Of a stretch of DNA of 64,000 bases, positions 1-10,008 are shown one piece after another. The position numbers and the translations under genes are program-made. This DNA comes from Polyangiaceae bacterium (GTDB lineage: Bacteria; Myxococcota_A; Polyangia; Polyangiales; Polyangiaceae): assembly GCA_050287085.1 (NCBI GenBank), contig JBNKBE010000006.1:207189-271188 (forward strand). Direction: 5' to 3'. How positions within the stretch are numbered: position 1 is the first letter of the stretch; each line of letters starts with the position of its first letter. A model generated the notes under the pieces. That model saw only the letters and a program-made list of their open reading frames with translations, had not been told where the DNA came from and did no database searches.

Positions 1-348
1 TCGTCGAGACGCTAGCGGATCGTCAAGAACCACATGGCAGCTATCGTGACGCCCGACAACAGTCTGTCCCTGCAGCAGCTCGATTTCTCGAGTTCCTAGG
101 GTTATCCAACACTTTGGAACTGAGCTGCGTGGGTCGTCCAATCTGAACTCCGGTGTCGGCTGAATACGATACCCGTTCTTGTCGAACACGTCGAGAACGC
201 GACGAGCAGGGAACCCGCCTCGGTCCTACTATGTGCGACCGGAGCCGACAATCTGCTCCCGGCAGTGTTTTGTTTAGGCGAACCGACAGTCGGAGCTTCG
301 CTTCCGGTCGTAGGAGTTTCTACAGCCCCCAAACGGGCCCCCTACCTT

Positions 349-1428
349 TCAGAGCTGAAAAGCCGCCATGAAGTCCGTCAGCGCAGCGACCCACTCGCGG
401 GAAACCGCATTGTAGAGAGAGGCGCGAATTCCTCCAACCAGTCGATGTCCCTTTAAGCCGACAAATCCCGCGGCAGTCGCCTCGGCGACGAATCGCTTCT
501 CGGCCTCTTCCGTAGGAAGATTGAACACGACGTTCATGACGCTGCGACTATCCTGCGCCACTGGACAGCGGTAGACCTCGGGCCGAGCGGATATCGCATT
601 ATACAACATTTCCGCTTTTTCCTTATTTCTTCGCTCGAACTCGTCCACGCCGCCCTCGGCCTTGAATACCGACAGGACATTGCGGAGCAAGTAGACAGCG
701 AACGTGGGAGGCGTGTTGTACAGAGAGTCTGCCTTGATATGAGTCGCGTAGCGGAAGATGCGAGGGATGTCGCTACGCGCAGAGCGCGCAACCCAATCGC
801 GATCGACGATCACTACGGTGACCCCGCTCGGCCCTAGATTCTTCTGCGCCCCCGCATAGATCAGTCCAAAGCGGGATACGTCGATCTTGCGCGATAGGAT
901 ATCGCTCGACATATCGGCCACCAAGGGGACCTTTCCTGTGCTCGGGTAGTCGTGCCACTGGGTACCGGAAACGGTGTTGTTCGTGGTGATGTGGACGTAC
1001 GCGGCGTCGTGAGACAGCTGCAGCTCCCCGGGCTCCGGGATCCGTGTGTACTTGCCGTTCTCCGGCAGCGGGTTGCCGGCCCTGGCTTTCCCTATCGTCT
1101 TCGCTTCCGCCAAGGCCTTCTCTCCCCACACGCCGGTCACCAGATAATCTGCCGACTGTTCAGGGTGCAGAAAGTTGAGCGGAACCCATGCAAACTGCTG
1201 GCTCGCTCCGCCTTGCACAAAGAGCACCTCGTGCGTGTCAGGAATGCCCATGAGTTCGACAAGCAAAGCCTTGGCTTCAGCATGGATGCCTTCGTAGAGC
1301 GGGGCCCGATGGCTTTGCTCCATCACGCTCATGCCGGAGCCTTCGATGTCGAGCAATTCTCGCTGGGCTCGCTCCAGAGCGGGCAGCGGCAGGGTGGCAG
1401 GGCCTGGATAAAAGTTGCGCACTCGCAT
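349..1428 (-). CDS. serC: Phosphoserine aminotransferase
   Basis: [11 protein letters not shown]-terminus, QGGAS, DMSSDI, PLP-lysine [32 protein letters not shown]. Confidence 0.97.
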   Translation of the reverse strand: MRVRNFYPGPATLPLPALERAQRELLDIEGSGMSVMEQSHRAPLYEGIHAEAKALLVELMGIPDTHEVLFVQGGASQQFAWVPLNFLHPEQSADYLVTGVWGEKALAEAKTIGKARAGNPLPENGKYTRIPEPGELQLSHDAAYVHITTNNTVSGTQWHDYPSTGKVPLVADMSSDILSRKIDVSRFGLIYAGAQKNLGPSGVTVVIVDRDWVARSARSDIPRIFRYATHIKADSLYNTPPTFAVYLLRNVLSVFKAEGGVDEFERRNKEKAEMLYNAISARPEVYRCPVAQDSRSVMNVVFNLPTEEAEKRFVAEATAAGFVGLKGHRLVGGIRASLYNAVSREWVAALTDFMAAFQL

Positions 1429-1477
1429 GACTGGATCCTTCCGTTGACGCGGGAAGTAGTGATTTTGCGGGCGGCGG

Positions 1478-2089
1478 TCAAGCGTTCGCGAGAGGACGCC
1501 CGCCCCATTGCTCCAACGCCGCCCGCGTCACGGCGCCCGGTCGCACGATGCACAGACCTTCTGACGTATCCCGAACGATCGTCGACGGCGCTCCACCAGC
1601 GCCCGCGCCGGGAGTGCCCCAGACGTAGCGCGCGCTTCGGAATGCCACGTGCAGCCCGTCGACTCCCAGCACCGCCGGCTGACCGCTGAGATTCGCACTC
1701 GTTGCGGTCACAGCTCCCCCGTAGGCGCGAACGACATCCAATGCTGGCGACGAGCCGGGGATACGAACCCCCACGCAACCGTCAACGCATAGGCGCGGAT
1801 CGACACCGGCCCGAGCCGGCAGCGTCACCGTCAGCGGCCCGGGCCAGAATCGTTCAGCCAGAGACGAGGCCCAAGCGGGGATCTCCGTGACCCACTGCGC
1901 CCACGCGGCCACGTCCGGGATCATCAGCGCCACGGCGTGGGACGTAGAGCGTCCTTTCAGCTCAAACACCCGGTCCAGCGCCGCCGCGTCGCGGGCGTTG
2001 GCCATCAGAGCGCAGAAGGATTCCGTGGGGGCCACGACGATCTCCCCGTGCGCAAGCGCCCTCGCCGCCTGCGCCACGCTGCTCTTCAT
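1478..2089 (-). CDS. tsaC: L-threonylcarbamoyladenylate synthase (Sua5/YrdC)
   Basis: [28 protein letters not shown] motifs; start placed at ATG 2089. Confidence 0.92.
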   Translation of the reverse strand: MKSSVAQAARALAHGEIVVAPTESFCALMANARDAAALDRVFELKGRSTSHAVALMIPDVAAWAQWVTEIPAWASSLAERFWPGPLTVTLPARAGVDPRLCVDGCVGVRIPGSSPALDVVRAYGGAVTATSANLSGQPAVLGVDGLHVAFRSARYVWGTPGAGAGGAPSTIVRDTSEGLCIVRPGAVTRAALEQWGGRPLANA

Positions 2090-2166
2090 CCGCGCCCCTT
2101 CATCACGGCTCGATGAGGGCCAACTGGCACTTTGCGGCACACGATCCTGAGGCGGCAGAGTCGGCA

Positions 2167-3444
2167 CTAGGATTGAACCGGCCCCAGGGCGCGGTAGCCG
2201 ATGTCACGTCGCAACTGCACGCCGTCAAAGTGGATAGCGTCGCAACCCCGGTAGGCCAGCTCTTTGGCCTCCTCCAGTGTTCCTCCGGCAGCGCTGACAC
2301 CCAAGACGCGGCCGCCCGCGGTGACCACCCCCTGCCCCTGCAGGGCCGTACCCGCGTGATAGACACGGACCCCCGGGATGGCGGATGCCGCATCCAAACC
2401 CGTTATCAGGTCACCCGTGCGGGGAGAAGCCGGGTAGTTGGCGGCGGCCAGAACCACGCACATTCCGTACCGTTCAGCCACGGCCACGGAACGACCATCC
2501 AGCGCCCCCGACGCCGCACTCTTGAGCAGCTGGTAGAAGTCCCCGTCGATCAGGTTCACCAATACCTGAGTTTCCGGATCCCCAAACCGCACGTTGATTT
2601 CGAGCAGGCTCGGAACCCCCTCAGCGCTGACCATCAGTCCCGCGAAGAGCGTGCCTTTGAAGGGCCTTCCCTCGGACGCCATCCCGGCCAAGACGCGATC
2701 GACAATCTCGACTTGCACCCGGGCCATCAGCGCCTCGTCGGCCACCGGCGCAGGCCCATAGGTTCCCATACCACCGGTGTTGGGACCCAAGTCTCCGTCG
2801 AAGATGCGCTTGTGATCCTGTATCGCGGGAAGGAGCCAGCCGCGCGTTCCGTCACAGACCGCGTGCACCGAGATCTCCTGCCCCAGCAGGCGCTCTTCCA
2901 AGACCACCTGAGCCCCAGCTGCCCCGAAGGCATCACCGCTCAACATGCCGAGAGCCGCCGCCTCGGCTTCGCCGAAGGTCTCCGCGACTACAACGCCTTT
3001 CCCAGCGCAAAGGCCCGATGCCTTGACCACCGGGGGGGATTGAAAAGACGCCAATGCGCGCGCCACGTCCTCGGAGCGCTCCACGGTCACGTGGCGCGCC
3101 GTACGAATCTGGTGGCGCTCGCAAAACGCTTTCATGAAGGCCTTGGAGGCCTCCAGCTCGGCCGCTGCGCGGTTTGGACCGTAGACCCGATGCCCCGCCG
3201 CTTCCAAGCGGTCGACAAGCCCTTCGCAGAGGGGCGCCTCGGGGCCAACCACAACCAGATCGGGGGATAGTTCTTCGGCCAAGCTCTGCACATCGCCCTC
3301 GCGAGACTCGAGCCCACTAGCCCTCGTCCCGGCGTTTCCCGGGGTGACAACAACACGCCCAACCGACGCACATTCGGCCAGCCGAAGACCGAGCGCGTGC
3401 TCGCGTCCACCGCTGCCTACGACCAATACGACTTCGCCGCTCAT
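2167..3444 (-). CDS. purD: Phosphoribosylamine-glycine ligase
   Basis: VGSGGREHAL, VGPEAPL, QDHKRIFDGDLGPNTGGMG, NVRFGDPETQ, GGRVL. Confidence 0.97.
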   Translation of the reverse strand: MSGEVVLVVGSGGREHALGLRLAECASVGRVVVTPGNAGTRASGLESREGDVQSLAEELSPDLVVVGPEAPLCEGLVDRLEAAGHRVYGPNRAAAELEASKAFMKAFCERHQIRTARHVTVERSEDVARALASFQSPPVVKASGLCAGKGVVVAETFGEAEAAALGMLSGDAFGAAGAQVVLEERLLGQEISVHAVCDGTRGWLLPAIQDHKRIFDGDLGPNTGGMGTYGPAPVADEALMARVQVEIVDRVLAGMASEGRPFKGTLFAGLMVSAEGVPSLLEINVRFGDPETQVLVNLIDGDFYQLLKSAASGALDGRSVAVAERYGMCVVLAAANYPASPRTGDLITGLDAASAIPGVRVYHAGTALQGQGVVTAGGRVLGVSAAGGTLEEAKELAYRGCDAIHFDGVQLRRDIGYRALGPVQS

Positions 3445-3646
3445 CGCCGCTCCGGGTAGCACACTTTGGTGACCTCGGTCACCTGTTGCGCCACACAGCC
3501 CAGTCTTGATCGGAGGTGCGGTGAGCGAGCTTGCTCGCCCCCGCGCTTTGGGGTTCGGCCGGTGGGAGGGGGGTTCGGTTTTGGGGCGACAGCGAGGGCA
3601 ACAGTCTAGTCGGGACCGGGACTTGAGTTGCCACGCAGCCTGGGAT

Positions 3647-4621
3647 TCACTCCGGAATCGGAACTGCGATCGGAGTCGCTCTCCGCGGTCTTGCCAACGC
3701 TTGTTTCACGAACCCAGCGCACAGATCCGAAAACGAAATGCCGATGGCAGCGGCGGCCTCGGGGTAGTTGCTCGTCTGCGTCATGCCCGGCAAGGTGTTG
3801 ACCTCAAGCACGATGCTACCTTGAGGTGAGTACACAAAGTCGATTCGCGACAGATCCCGAGCGCCTACCGCGTGATGAGCCGCGACAGCCAAGGACTGAA
3901 TCTCCGTCGTGCCTGCTTCTCCCAAGGGGGCGGGACACTCGTGACGGCTCCCTCCAACTTGATAGCGCGCGGTGAAGTCGTACCAAGAGCCGACCTGCGA
4001 GTGAACCAGCGTGGGCGGCAAGGCTTCCGTCTTGCCGTCTCGCTCCAACACGCCACAGGTGACTTCGAGCCCCTCGTGAAAAGTCTCAACCAGCGCTCCG
4101 CTGTCCACCTCAAAGGTCGTCGCGAGGGCTCGCTCAAGTTCGGAAGCCGCGCTGGCCGCCGATTCCGCTACGACGCGGGTGACGCCAATAGCTGATCCGC
4201 CCGACGCGGGCTTGACGACCAGTCGCGTCCCGAGAGCCGCTATCAATTCAGCGACCGGCAGGCCAGAGCCCCGCAGCACCAAACGTTCCGCTGCAACCGG
4301 CAGCCCCGCTGCCCTAAACAAGACTTTTGCCGTCGGCTTGTGTGCAGCGATGGCACTGGCTCTCACGTCTGAGCCCACGTAGGGCAAATCGAGAACCTCG
4401 AGCAACCCTTGCAAACAACCGTCTTCCCCCAGAGGACCGTGGGTCACCGGAAAGGCCACGTCACACTGCGCAAGTTCTTGCGCCAGCCCAGACCCGAGCT
4501 CCACGCAGCGTGCTTGGTACCCAGCCTGGCGCAACGCTGAGAGCACTCCCTCCGCTGATTTTCGGCTCACGGCCGCTTCGCTGGAAGGGCCGCCGCAAAC
4601 TATACAAACGCGAACACTCAT
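3647..4621 (-). CDS. ddl: D-alanine-D-alanine ligase
   Basis: GGPSSEAAVS, HGPLGEDGCLQGLLE, SRIDF, LEVNTLPGMT. Confidence 0.95.
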   Translation of the reverse strand: MSVRVCIVCGGPSSEAAVSRKSAEGVLSALRQAGYQARCVELGSGLAQELAQCDVAFPVTHGPLGEDGCLQGLLEVLDLPYVGSDVRASAIAAHKPTAKVLFRAAGLPVAAERLVLRGSGLPVAELIAALGTRLVVKPASGGSAIGVTRVVAESAASAASELERALATTFEVDSGALVETFHEGLEVTCGVLERDGKTEALPPTLVHSQVGSWYDFTARYQVGGSRHECPAPLGEAGTTEIQSLAVAAHHAVGARDLSRIDFVYSPQGSIVLEVNTLPGMTQTSNYPEAAAAIGISFSDLCAGFVKQALARPRRATPIAVPIPE

Positions 4622-4698
4622 CGACTGGACTCCTTGGCGGGCGCCCAAGGGCGCGCTCTCGGGTTGACGTTGGCTGATTTACGTGGCTTCGTCCGGGG

Positions 4699-5235
4699 GT
4701 GCAACGTTGGAGTCCTTTTCACGCGTGCGCCGCGGCCCGCTCCCGTTGGCGAGCGCTACTCGTGGCTGGTGGCCCCCTCCTGCTGCTGAGCGCTCCCCTG
4801 CTTGCGGACACTCCTGCTCGCGCCGGCGGGAGCCCCCTGGAGGAGGCCAACCGGCTGCTCGCGACGCTGGGGGAAGCTCAGACCAGCGCCGAGCGGGAAG
4901 CGCAGGAGCGAGCTCGCCAAGCGCTCGCCGGCGCGTCCAAGAGTGGCAGCCACAACCAGGACCTGCCGCTCAGCGAACTGCGCGCCGCGCAGGCTCTGGA
5001 ATGGGCCCGTCTGGCGGCGGCCCTCAAACGGGTTGCCGGGCTCGAAGCCCGCGCGGCCGCCGAAGAGCACTCCGTGGCTGAGCTCGAAACGACGCTGACC
5101 AAGCTCCGCACCCTGCACGAGGAAACACTCGCACACCGCGATCGCGCAGCCGCTGAGCTCTCCGCCTTCGAAAACGCTGCCAGCCGCCGGCCAGACGGAG
5201 CCGGCGCGAATGATGTCGCCACGGAGTCGAAGTGA
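4699..5235 (+). CDS. Hypothetical exported coiled-coil protein
   Basis: Hydrophobic N-terminal segment, Ala/Glu/Arg-rich helical body, GTGA overlap with next gene; start uncertain. Confidence 0.65.
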   Translation: MQRWSPFHACAAARSRWRALLVAGGPLLLLSAPLLADTPARAGGSPLEEANRLLATLGEAQTSAEREAQERARQALAGASKSGSHNQDLPLSELRAAQALEWARLAAALKRVAGLEARAAAEEHSVAELETTLTKLRTLHEETLAHRDRAAAELSAFENAASRRPDGAGANDVATESK

Positions 5236-6308
5236 AGCGCCGCCCTGCCTCCCGGGCGTTGCTGGGTCTGTTCTTGCTCGCCTGCGCTGGGGCGCCCAAA
5301 CCCCCACTCCTCGCCCAGGCCATTGAGCAGGAGGACAATCCGGCCCTACAAGCAGCCGCTCGTCTTGCACCCCAGGCTTTTGCCCACGCCGAACAGCTTC
5401 GACGCGCAGCAGACGACGCCCACACGCGGGGCGACGAGCGCGCGGCGCAGTTGCTGGCCGACCAGGCTTTGGCGGCACAACAGCAAACGCTGGTTCAAGC
5501 CCGGCTGGTGCAAGCGGATGAGCGGCTGCGCCAGGCCGCGGCGGAACGAGCGCGGCTTGAGTTGCAGATCTCAGCGCTGCGAGCAGAGCAGGAACGGGTT
5601 GCCGCCGACGCCCGAGCGCTCGAACTGCGGGTTAAAGTAGTGCGCGACGCCGAGCCCATCAGTCCGCCCGAGCCGGCCAGCCCCGAGCGCGAGATGGCTC
5701 GAACCCAGGCGGCCCGTCTGCTCTTGGAAGACGCGCGACTGCTGTGTCTCGCGGCACAATTGCTCGGCGTGGAGCCGAACACTTTGGACGCCCCCTTTGC
5801 AGCGCTGGATGCGTTGGAGCACGCCCTGGACGCTAAGACTCGCCCCGTGCCGATCGACGCCGCTTACAAGGCGCGCTCCACCTGCCTCAGCACTCTCAGC
5901 GAACGACGGCTACTCGCGGGTCGACGCGACGATGCGAGCGTTGCTGCGGACGAATTGCTTCGAGCCGTAGCAGCGGCCCTTCCGGACGGCGCGGCACACC
6001 GCGACGACCGCGGCGTGGTGGTGGTGATCCCTATGCTCCGTGAGCCGGGCGCCGGCCCGGTGCTCGCCCCGGGTGCGAAGGCCACCCTGGAAACGCTCGC
6101 CGCGGTAGCCAAAGGAGCAGGCACGCCGGTTCTCATCGCCGCTCATGCCCCGGCGGATCCGTGGATCGAGCAACTGCGTGAGAGCCCGATCGGAGCGCTC
6201 CCCCGCACACGCATCGAGGCGGCCGTGCTGAGGCGCTATCCCGCGGCGAACGCGGGCGCACGGCCCGGCGGAAACGAATGGGCTGAAGTGATCCTTGTGA
6301 CGCCTTGA
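5232..6308 (+). CDS. Putative lipoprotein, coiled coil (DUF4398-like) with degenerate OmpA/MotB-like C-terminus
   Basis: Lipobox LLAC after MKRR; long heptad region; RDDRGVVVVI and EVILV resemble the ends of an OmpA-like domain. Confidence 0.6.
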   Translation: MKRRPASRALLGLFLLACAGAPKPPLLAQAIEQEDNPALQAAARLAPQAFAHAEQLRRAADDAHTRGDERAAQLLADQALAAQQQTLVQARLVQADERLRQAAAERARLELQISALRAEQERVAADARALELRVKVVRDAEPISPPEPASPEREMARTQAARLLLEDARLLCLAAQLLGVEPNTLDAPFAALDALEHALDAKTRPVPIDAAYKARSTCLSTLSERRLLAGRRDDASVAADELLRAVAAALPDGAAHRDDRGVVVVIPMLREPGAGPVLAPGAKATLETLAAVAKGAGTPVLIAAHAPADPWIEQLRESPIGALPRTRIEAAVLRRYPAANAGARPGGNEWAEVILVTP

Positions 6309-6350
6309 AGCACAACCCGGCCATGCCCCCAAAGCGCACTTCGATGCGCG

Positions 6351-6455
6351 CGCAGGGACGTCACACGCACTGACATTGCACGCGCAGGGACGTCGCCACG
6401 CGCAGCGTCGATGCACGTGCAGGGACGTCGCCACGCGCAGGGACGTCGCCACGCG
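6351..6455. repeat. Intergenic direct repeat, four copies of GCAGGGACGTC(GCCACG)
   Basis: Core copies at 6352, 6384, 6419, 6437. Confidence 0.85.
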
Positions 6456-6651
6456 ACGCCCCTCGGCCGAGCTCGCACGCGCCCCGCATCCGAAACCCAC
6501 ATCGCGACCTGGTGTGAGCCTGTACGGTCCGCTTTCCGGCAAAGCGCGGAGTGGCGGCAGCCTCACTGGAAGTCGACAACGCGCGACCGATATCGCGCGC
6601 TTTATTCTGATCGGAATCACAATTTCGTAACTCACTGATAGTGCAGCTCAA

Positions 6652-6667
6652 TTGGCGCCCGTCTAGC
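6652..6667 (+). promoter_or_regulatory. Candidate sigma-54 promoter (-24/-12)
   Basis: TTGGCGCCCGTCTAGC fits GG-N10-GC, downstream of an AT-rich tract. Confidence 0.4.
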
Positions 6668-6784
6668 CCATTGTTCACAACTGCTGGACTGTCTCCCGAG
6701 ATCTAGACGAACACAGGGCCAACGAGCCTTCAGAGAATCTGGAGGCAGCCGAAACCTAAAGGAGGAACCCGACACTAAAACCTA

Positions 6785-7924
6785 TTGGCCGTGCCCCGCG
6801 ACGAACTACTCGACGAAGAGCTCATCTGGCAAGGACGCCCCGCCCGGACGGACGCGCCCACGGTGCTGCGCGCCGCACGCGCAGCGACCTTCCTGGTCAC
6901 TGCTACCTGCGTCAGCTTCGCCATCGTCACGGGGTTGGGCTTGGGACTGACGCCGCTGCCTCTGCTCGGCTGTGCTCTTTGGACGGCCACATTGGGTCTG
7001 TTTGCCAAGCCCGCCTACGATTGGTGGCTGAGCGCCGTGAGCTATGAGTTGACCGAGCACCACGTGATATGGCGCCGTGGCAAGCTCACTCGGATCATCG
7101 CACGTGAACAAATAAGCTACGCGCGGATATTCTGGAATCCCTACGACCGTCATGTCGGTGACATCGAATTGGTCCGCGCCGTACCAGCGGGTGTGCTGCG
7201 GCGGCGGCTACTGATTCGTCTGCGAGGGGTGGCTGCACCGGACCGTGTCTGGGCGATGATCCGCGGAGTGGATACCCGCTCAGACAGCAACGCTGGCACA
7301 CGAGCCGTCTCCCAGCGCTTGGACGAAGGTGAACGAGTGCTTTGGTCCGCGCGCCCCCTGGCCTCTTGGCGCCATTTTCTGCCGCACGGTACGCGGCGTT
7401 ATCGGCTGCTTGCGTTGGCCCTCACCCTGACGCTGACCTGCGTGCAGCTAACGCTTGCGCTCAAAGGCAACCTGCAGGTGTTGATTGAGGCGGGCGTGCT
7501 GCAGCAGCCGGTGGTCTTCGCTGCTCTCGTATTCGGTGAAATGGCGATGATGACGTTGCTGACCGGTGTCACCTTGCTCACCTGGTATGCCGCGCTCATC
7601 GGTCCGGGCAGGCAGCTCGAAAACACGTTCTACCTCATCACCAACCGGCGCGTACTGATCGCCCGCGGCGCTGAAGAGTTGCACCTTGACCGTTCTCGGA
7701 TCATCGACGTCATCGATGCGCCCACTATGTCGGGACTGCGCGATGTCTTCTTAGTATTGGATGGTCCGCAAGCCCGAGCGGTCGAAGTCGGAGGCGCGTT
7801 TCAAGAAACCGACCGCGATCCACAACTGAAACCCGTCTTCTCCTGGGTTGCAGATGCCGAAAGCGTTTCGCGACTACTCCTTGAGGCGGAGCCGGAGCCT
7901 TCCAAGCCGGATCTTGCCGCCTGA
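6785..7924 (+). CDS. Membrane protein with two bacterial PH-like domains
   Basis: Duplicated unit: LIWQGRP/VLWSARP, TM helices, YELTEHHVI/YLITNRRVLI. Confidence 0.75.
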   Translation: MAVPRDELLDEELIWQGRPARTDAPTVLRAARAATFLVTATCVSFAIVTGLGLGLTPLPLLGCALWTATLGLFAKPAYDWWLSAVSYELTEHHVIWRRGKLTRIIAREQISYARIFWNPYDRHVGDIELVRAVPAGVLRRRLLIRLRGVAAPDRVWAMIRGVDTRSDSNAGTRAVSQRLDEGERVLWSARPLASWRHFLPHGTRRYRLLALALTLTLTCVQLTLALKGNLQVLIEAGVLQQPVVFAALVFGEMAMMTLLTGVTLLTWYAALIGPGRQLENTFYLITNRRVLIARGAEELHLDRSRIIDVIDAPTMSGLRDVFLVLDGPQARAVEVGGAFQETDRDPQLKPVFSWVADAESVSRLLLEAEPEPSKPDLAA

Positions 7925-7968
7925 AGCGCACGGCCTCCAGTAGTGCACCACGATGAGCACGAAGCACC

Positions 7969-9099
7969 TCAGGGACTGGTTGCGCGACGCTCTTCCTGCT
8001 CGAGCCGAAAGATGAAGTTGGGATCGCCATCATCGAGGCGCCGAGGCAAGAGCCTCTCGAGCTTGCGCTTGATCGCTTGAACGTGAGACCGCGCTCGCTC
8101 GCGCCAGGGTGAACCGGAAGGCAGCTCATCATAGGCGGCGCCCCACACCAGCTGGGCACCCTGCAAGGCCCCCACCTCGGCGGACTCACCGCTGTGGCGT
8201 TGAGCGTCGGCCAAAGTACCCAGCGCACGCAGGTACGTTCGCTCCCCGGGTCCCAGCACCCCCGCTTCCGGCAGGCTCAACACGCTACTGCGCGCGTCCT
8301 CGCCATACCGCGCTCGATAGGCCAAGAACGCCAGTGGGTCCGCCTCCGAGGGGCGAAATGCGAGGTCTAACGTGGCCGCTAGCAGGTAAGCGCATAGAGT
8401 GCCGATAGCACTTCCTTCGGCCAGGCGGCGCCCCTCCGAAAGAGCCACTTCCGCAGCGCCCAGCTCGAGTTGCCTGAGAGAAGCAAGGCCGCTCCAGAAC
8501 AATAGGTGAGCTCGCGACTCCGGCTCCCAGGTATCGTCCACGGCTACAAATAGCTCGCCAGGAGAGGTCGCTTCGCCGAGGTGAGCGTTCCGCTCTGCAA
8601 GCCAATAACGAGCACGCGCGGCAAACGCCGAGTTCGGAAAGCGGCGCAATGCCTCCTCTAGTAGTGCCGCTCCCTGCGCCGCGTGCTCGTCACCCGACGC
8701 CGCCCATGTTGCGCCCTGCAAATACATCAAGGCGGCGTCGCCCCAAGTTGAAACTCCCTCCAGCGATAGCAACACGGCACTGCGCTCATTGAGCCGCTGC
8801 TCCAAGCGCGCAGTGCCAACTGCACGATGCCTCATCCCCCGCGACCGCTCCATCGCCTCGTAGAGCGCCTGAGCCCGGACGCGCGCTGGAGCGTTCACCC
8901 GTCCCCAGAAGCGACTGCGGCCCGGCTCAGATTCCCCCAATGGGAACGACAACGCCTCCGAAGAAATTGGGGCGTCCGGTGGTTTCGCGCTGACACCCGA
9001 CACCCAAGAAATGGCCGCGCACCCCAGAACGGCAGCGAAGCGGCGCCGGAAGCAGCCGCACTCCAGCCCCCTCGAGACCTGACTGACCCAAGGTATCAT
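7969..9099 (-). CDS. Hypothetical TPR-like helical protein
   Basis: Ala/Leu-rich helical repeats (RRFPNSAFAARARYWLA); ATGA overlap with upstream gene. Confidence 0.6.
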   Translation of the reverse strand: MIPWVSQVSRGLECGCFRRRFAAVLGCAAISWVSGVSAKPPDAPISSEALSFPLGESEPGRSRFWGRVNAPARVRAQALYEAMERSRGMRHRAVGTARLEQRLNERSAVLLSLEGVSTWGDAALMYLQGATWAASGDEHAAQGAALLEEALRRFPNSAFAARARYWLAERNAHLGEATSPGELFVAVDDTWEPESRAHLLFWSGLASLRQLELGAAEVALSEGRRLAEGSAIGTLCAYLLAATLDLAFRPSEADPLAFLAYRARYGEDARSSVLSLPEAGVLGPGERTYLRALGTLADAQRHSGESAEVGALQGAQLVWGAAYDELPSGSPWRERARSHVQAIKRKLERLLPRRLDDGDPNFIFRLEQEERRATSP

Positions 9100-9965
9100 T
9101 GCGCCCCCGCCTGCATCTGCCGAATGCGCCCACGCCAAGGGTCGTCCCGCGGCAGAAGGCGCAACATATGGCTGAACGCCTCGTGAGCGACCTCAGGCCG
9201 CTCGCCGAAAGACAATGCGTATACCAACGCCCACCTTTCGAAAGGCTCCAGCTGAACCTCCCGACTCAACCCCTCCCCTAGTTCGCTGGCATCCGCATAG
9301 AACCCGCGCACTCCCTCAGGATGCGAGTTGCCCTGCAGGAGGTGCATCCAGCGCATAAGGCCGAGCCGCAAGAAGCGCAGCTCCGGCGTCGGCAGGCTCC
9401 CCGTCGCCATCAAGCGCCCGCGCGCGGCCACAAGCCCCGCCTCTCCCCGGCGCAGCGCAACCACCGCCGACTCGAGCAATACGACCGCGCGCAGCTCGGG
9501 CCCAAGCACGCCTTGTGGCAACAACAAGACCGCGTCGTAGAGCCGCCCCGCCTGCAAGGGCTGGCCGAGCTGCGCCTGGGCCCGGGCGTAGGCCAAGGCG
9601 CTCGGCGCGTCCCAACTCGCCGGCGCGGTCCCGATGGAGCCAAACGTCGCCACCGCCTTCGCGAGCTGGCCAAGGGCAAGCTGCGCTCGGCCCAGCAGGC
9701 GCAGAGCAAAAGGTCTAAGCGCTCGCTGTCCGGCCGCCTCTTGTAGAAGCCGAGCGGCACGGGAGGGATCGTCCCCGACGAGGGCGAGCGCGGAGCTCAG
9801 GGCGCGGCACCCAGCGTCGAGCTCCGGTTGCAGGATGCGGCGCTGAGATGCCCCGCAAACCTCAGCCGGAGCCGTCGCCGCCGCGATTTCCAGCGCGCTC
9901 TCCGCCCGAGCAGGCGCTACCAAACTCAAGAGCACGGCCAGCTGAAGCGCAAACGCGCGTTTCAT
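9096..9965 (-). CDS. Hypothetical secreted TPR-like protein
   Basis: Signal peptide MKRAFALQLAVLLSLVAPARA; TPR-like LLGRAQLALGQLAKAV. Confidence 0.65.
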   Translation of the reverse strand: MKRAFALQLAVLLSLVAPARAESALEIAAATAPAEVCGASQRRILQPELDAGCRALSSALALVGDDPSRAARLLQEAAGQRALRPFALRLLGRAQLALGQLAKAVATFGSIGTAPASWDAPSALAYARAQAQLGQPLQAGRLYDAVLLLPQGVLGPELRAVVLLESAVVALRRGEAGLVAARGRLMATGSLPTPELRFLRLGLMRWMHLLQGNSHPEGVRGFYADASELGEGLSREVQLEPFERWALVYALSFGERPEVAHEAFSHMLRLLPRDDPWRGRIRQMQAGAQ

Positions 9966-10008
9966 GACGCCAAGCCTAGCCTGCGACGGGAATGGGGTCC
10001 ACGGTGCC

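Noticed and set aside
1..348. Short ORFs at the window start
   Set aside because: No recognisable motif; may be the 3' end of a gene outside the window, but this cannot be supported.
2113..3270. 385-aa + strand ORF, and similar ones opposite dnaB, gatB, lipA and pdhC
   Set aside because: Antisense to well-supported genes, with no motifs; explained by GC3 bias.
6700..6765. c-di-GMP-I riboswitch resemblance (CACAGGGCCAAC)
   Set aside because: Only a short match; the GNRA tetraloop/receptor architecture is not evident. Kept only as a generic structured-RNA candidate.
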